Shown here: piece by piece, positions 63,393 through 64,000 of the stretch
Layout: each line of letters starts with the position of its first letter
Numbering within the stretch: the first letter of the stretch is position 1
Assembly: GCF_031769215.1 (NCBI RefSeq)
Contig: NW_026782092.1
Span: 434,001-498,000, forward strand
Direction: 5' to 3'
DNA: 64,000 nucleotides
Origin: Ylistrum balloti
Lineage: Eukaryota
Position numbers and translations under genes: made by a program
The notes under the pieces: model-generated
Databases searched by the model: none
The model's input: only the letters and a program-made list of their open reading frames with translations
Told to the model about the DNA's origin: nothing

Positions 63393-64000
63393 CTCATATG
63401 TGTATGTGATAAATATTAAAAACTAATGATGGGGTGGTTGTTGTATTGCCGGATGGAGGTTTTCGAATTCTTATCCTGCTTACATTGACTCCATAACAAC
63501 GTCATATCATGGAGTGTTTGGAATACGAAAGGCCACTACTATGTCAGCTGGATTGAAGCAAGGACGTAAGTGTTCAAAGTATCAGAAAATGACAACAGAG
63601 TAAAAACATACAGTGGAAGACATCGTTAATGATACATCCGAACAATTCCAAGTATATCACTATTGTGCTAAGTCTGGCGCGGCCATGATGCAAACATTCC
63701 CGATCCCTCAGAAGCTGAACTACGGATCTGGAAAACCCATCTTAAACATAAAATTCAGCCAAGATAGGTTTTGCGTTCTCTCACTCTGTAACAAATTACG
63801 AAAGGGAAAGTTCCTGTCATCATCTGCTTTTTGAGATAACAAAGCCTGATTTTTTTCACATTGAAAAAAAAAAAAAAAAAAAACAAGCACAAATATTTCA
63901 AGTTCAAAAATTTGTAACTTCGTGATTTCACAAAATTCCCCCTATGAGAAAGTATACTTTACATGTAAGTAAACAGTGATTATTCAAATGTGCGTGGCAG

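Noticed and set aside
3959-64000. Remaining 60-120 aa ORFs in the track
   Set aside because: Low-complexity F/I/L/K-rich translations typical of AT-rich non-coding DNA, many with non-ATG starts

Overview
AT-rich, intron-containing eukaryotic genomic DNA, most likely from a bivalve mollusc (inferred from Helentron/HINE-type and oyster-like repeats and the gene families; not proven). No rRNA, tRNA, CRISPR or prokaryotic features were seen. It looks like an innate-immunity locus. (1) A minus-strand, multi-exon cGAS-like receptor (Mab-21/cGLR nucleotidyltransferase; exons 13382-13170, 12752-12536, 11869-11654, 11055-10616) has an intact GS-YY-D..K..PDEFD / DIDLVP catalytic signature. It can be spliced in phase, via a 52-codon linker exon, to an exon of 12 tandem 41-aa C2H2 zinc-finger repeats, giving a predicted ~928-aa ZnF-array-cGLR. 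About 2 kb upstream is a cluster of ISRE, kappaB, CRE and AP-1/ARE motifs. (2) This gene sits inside a cluster of 10 intronless genes/pseudogenes for secreted signal peptide-PAN/apple-EGF-like-Thr-rich-CCP(sushi)[-C-type lectin] proteins. Their PAN core is nearly identical at DNA level, and three copies are chimeras in a 4 x ~2.69 kb tandem array whose breakpoints fall in that core. (3) A ~4.5 kb tandem duplication (55-63.4 kb) carries two paralogous small two-exon ORFs (137/136 aa) of an unrecognised family. (4) Decayed DNA transposons (Tc1 remnant, two SWIM-finger transposase derivatives, two MITEs, a HINE-like element) and mini/microsatellites are also present. All gene models were derived by hand from splice consensus and reading phase, without expression data.
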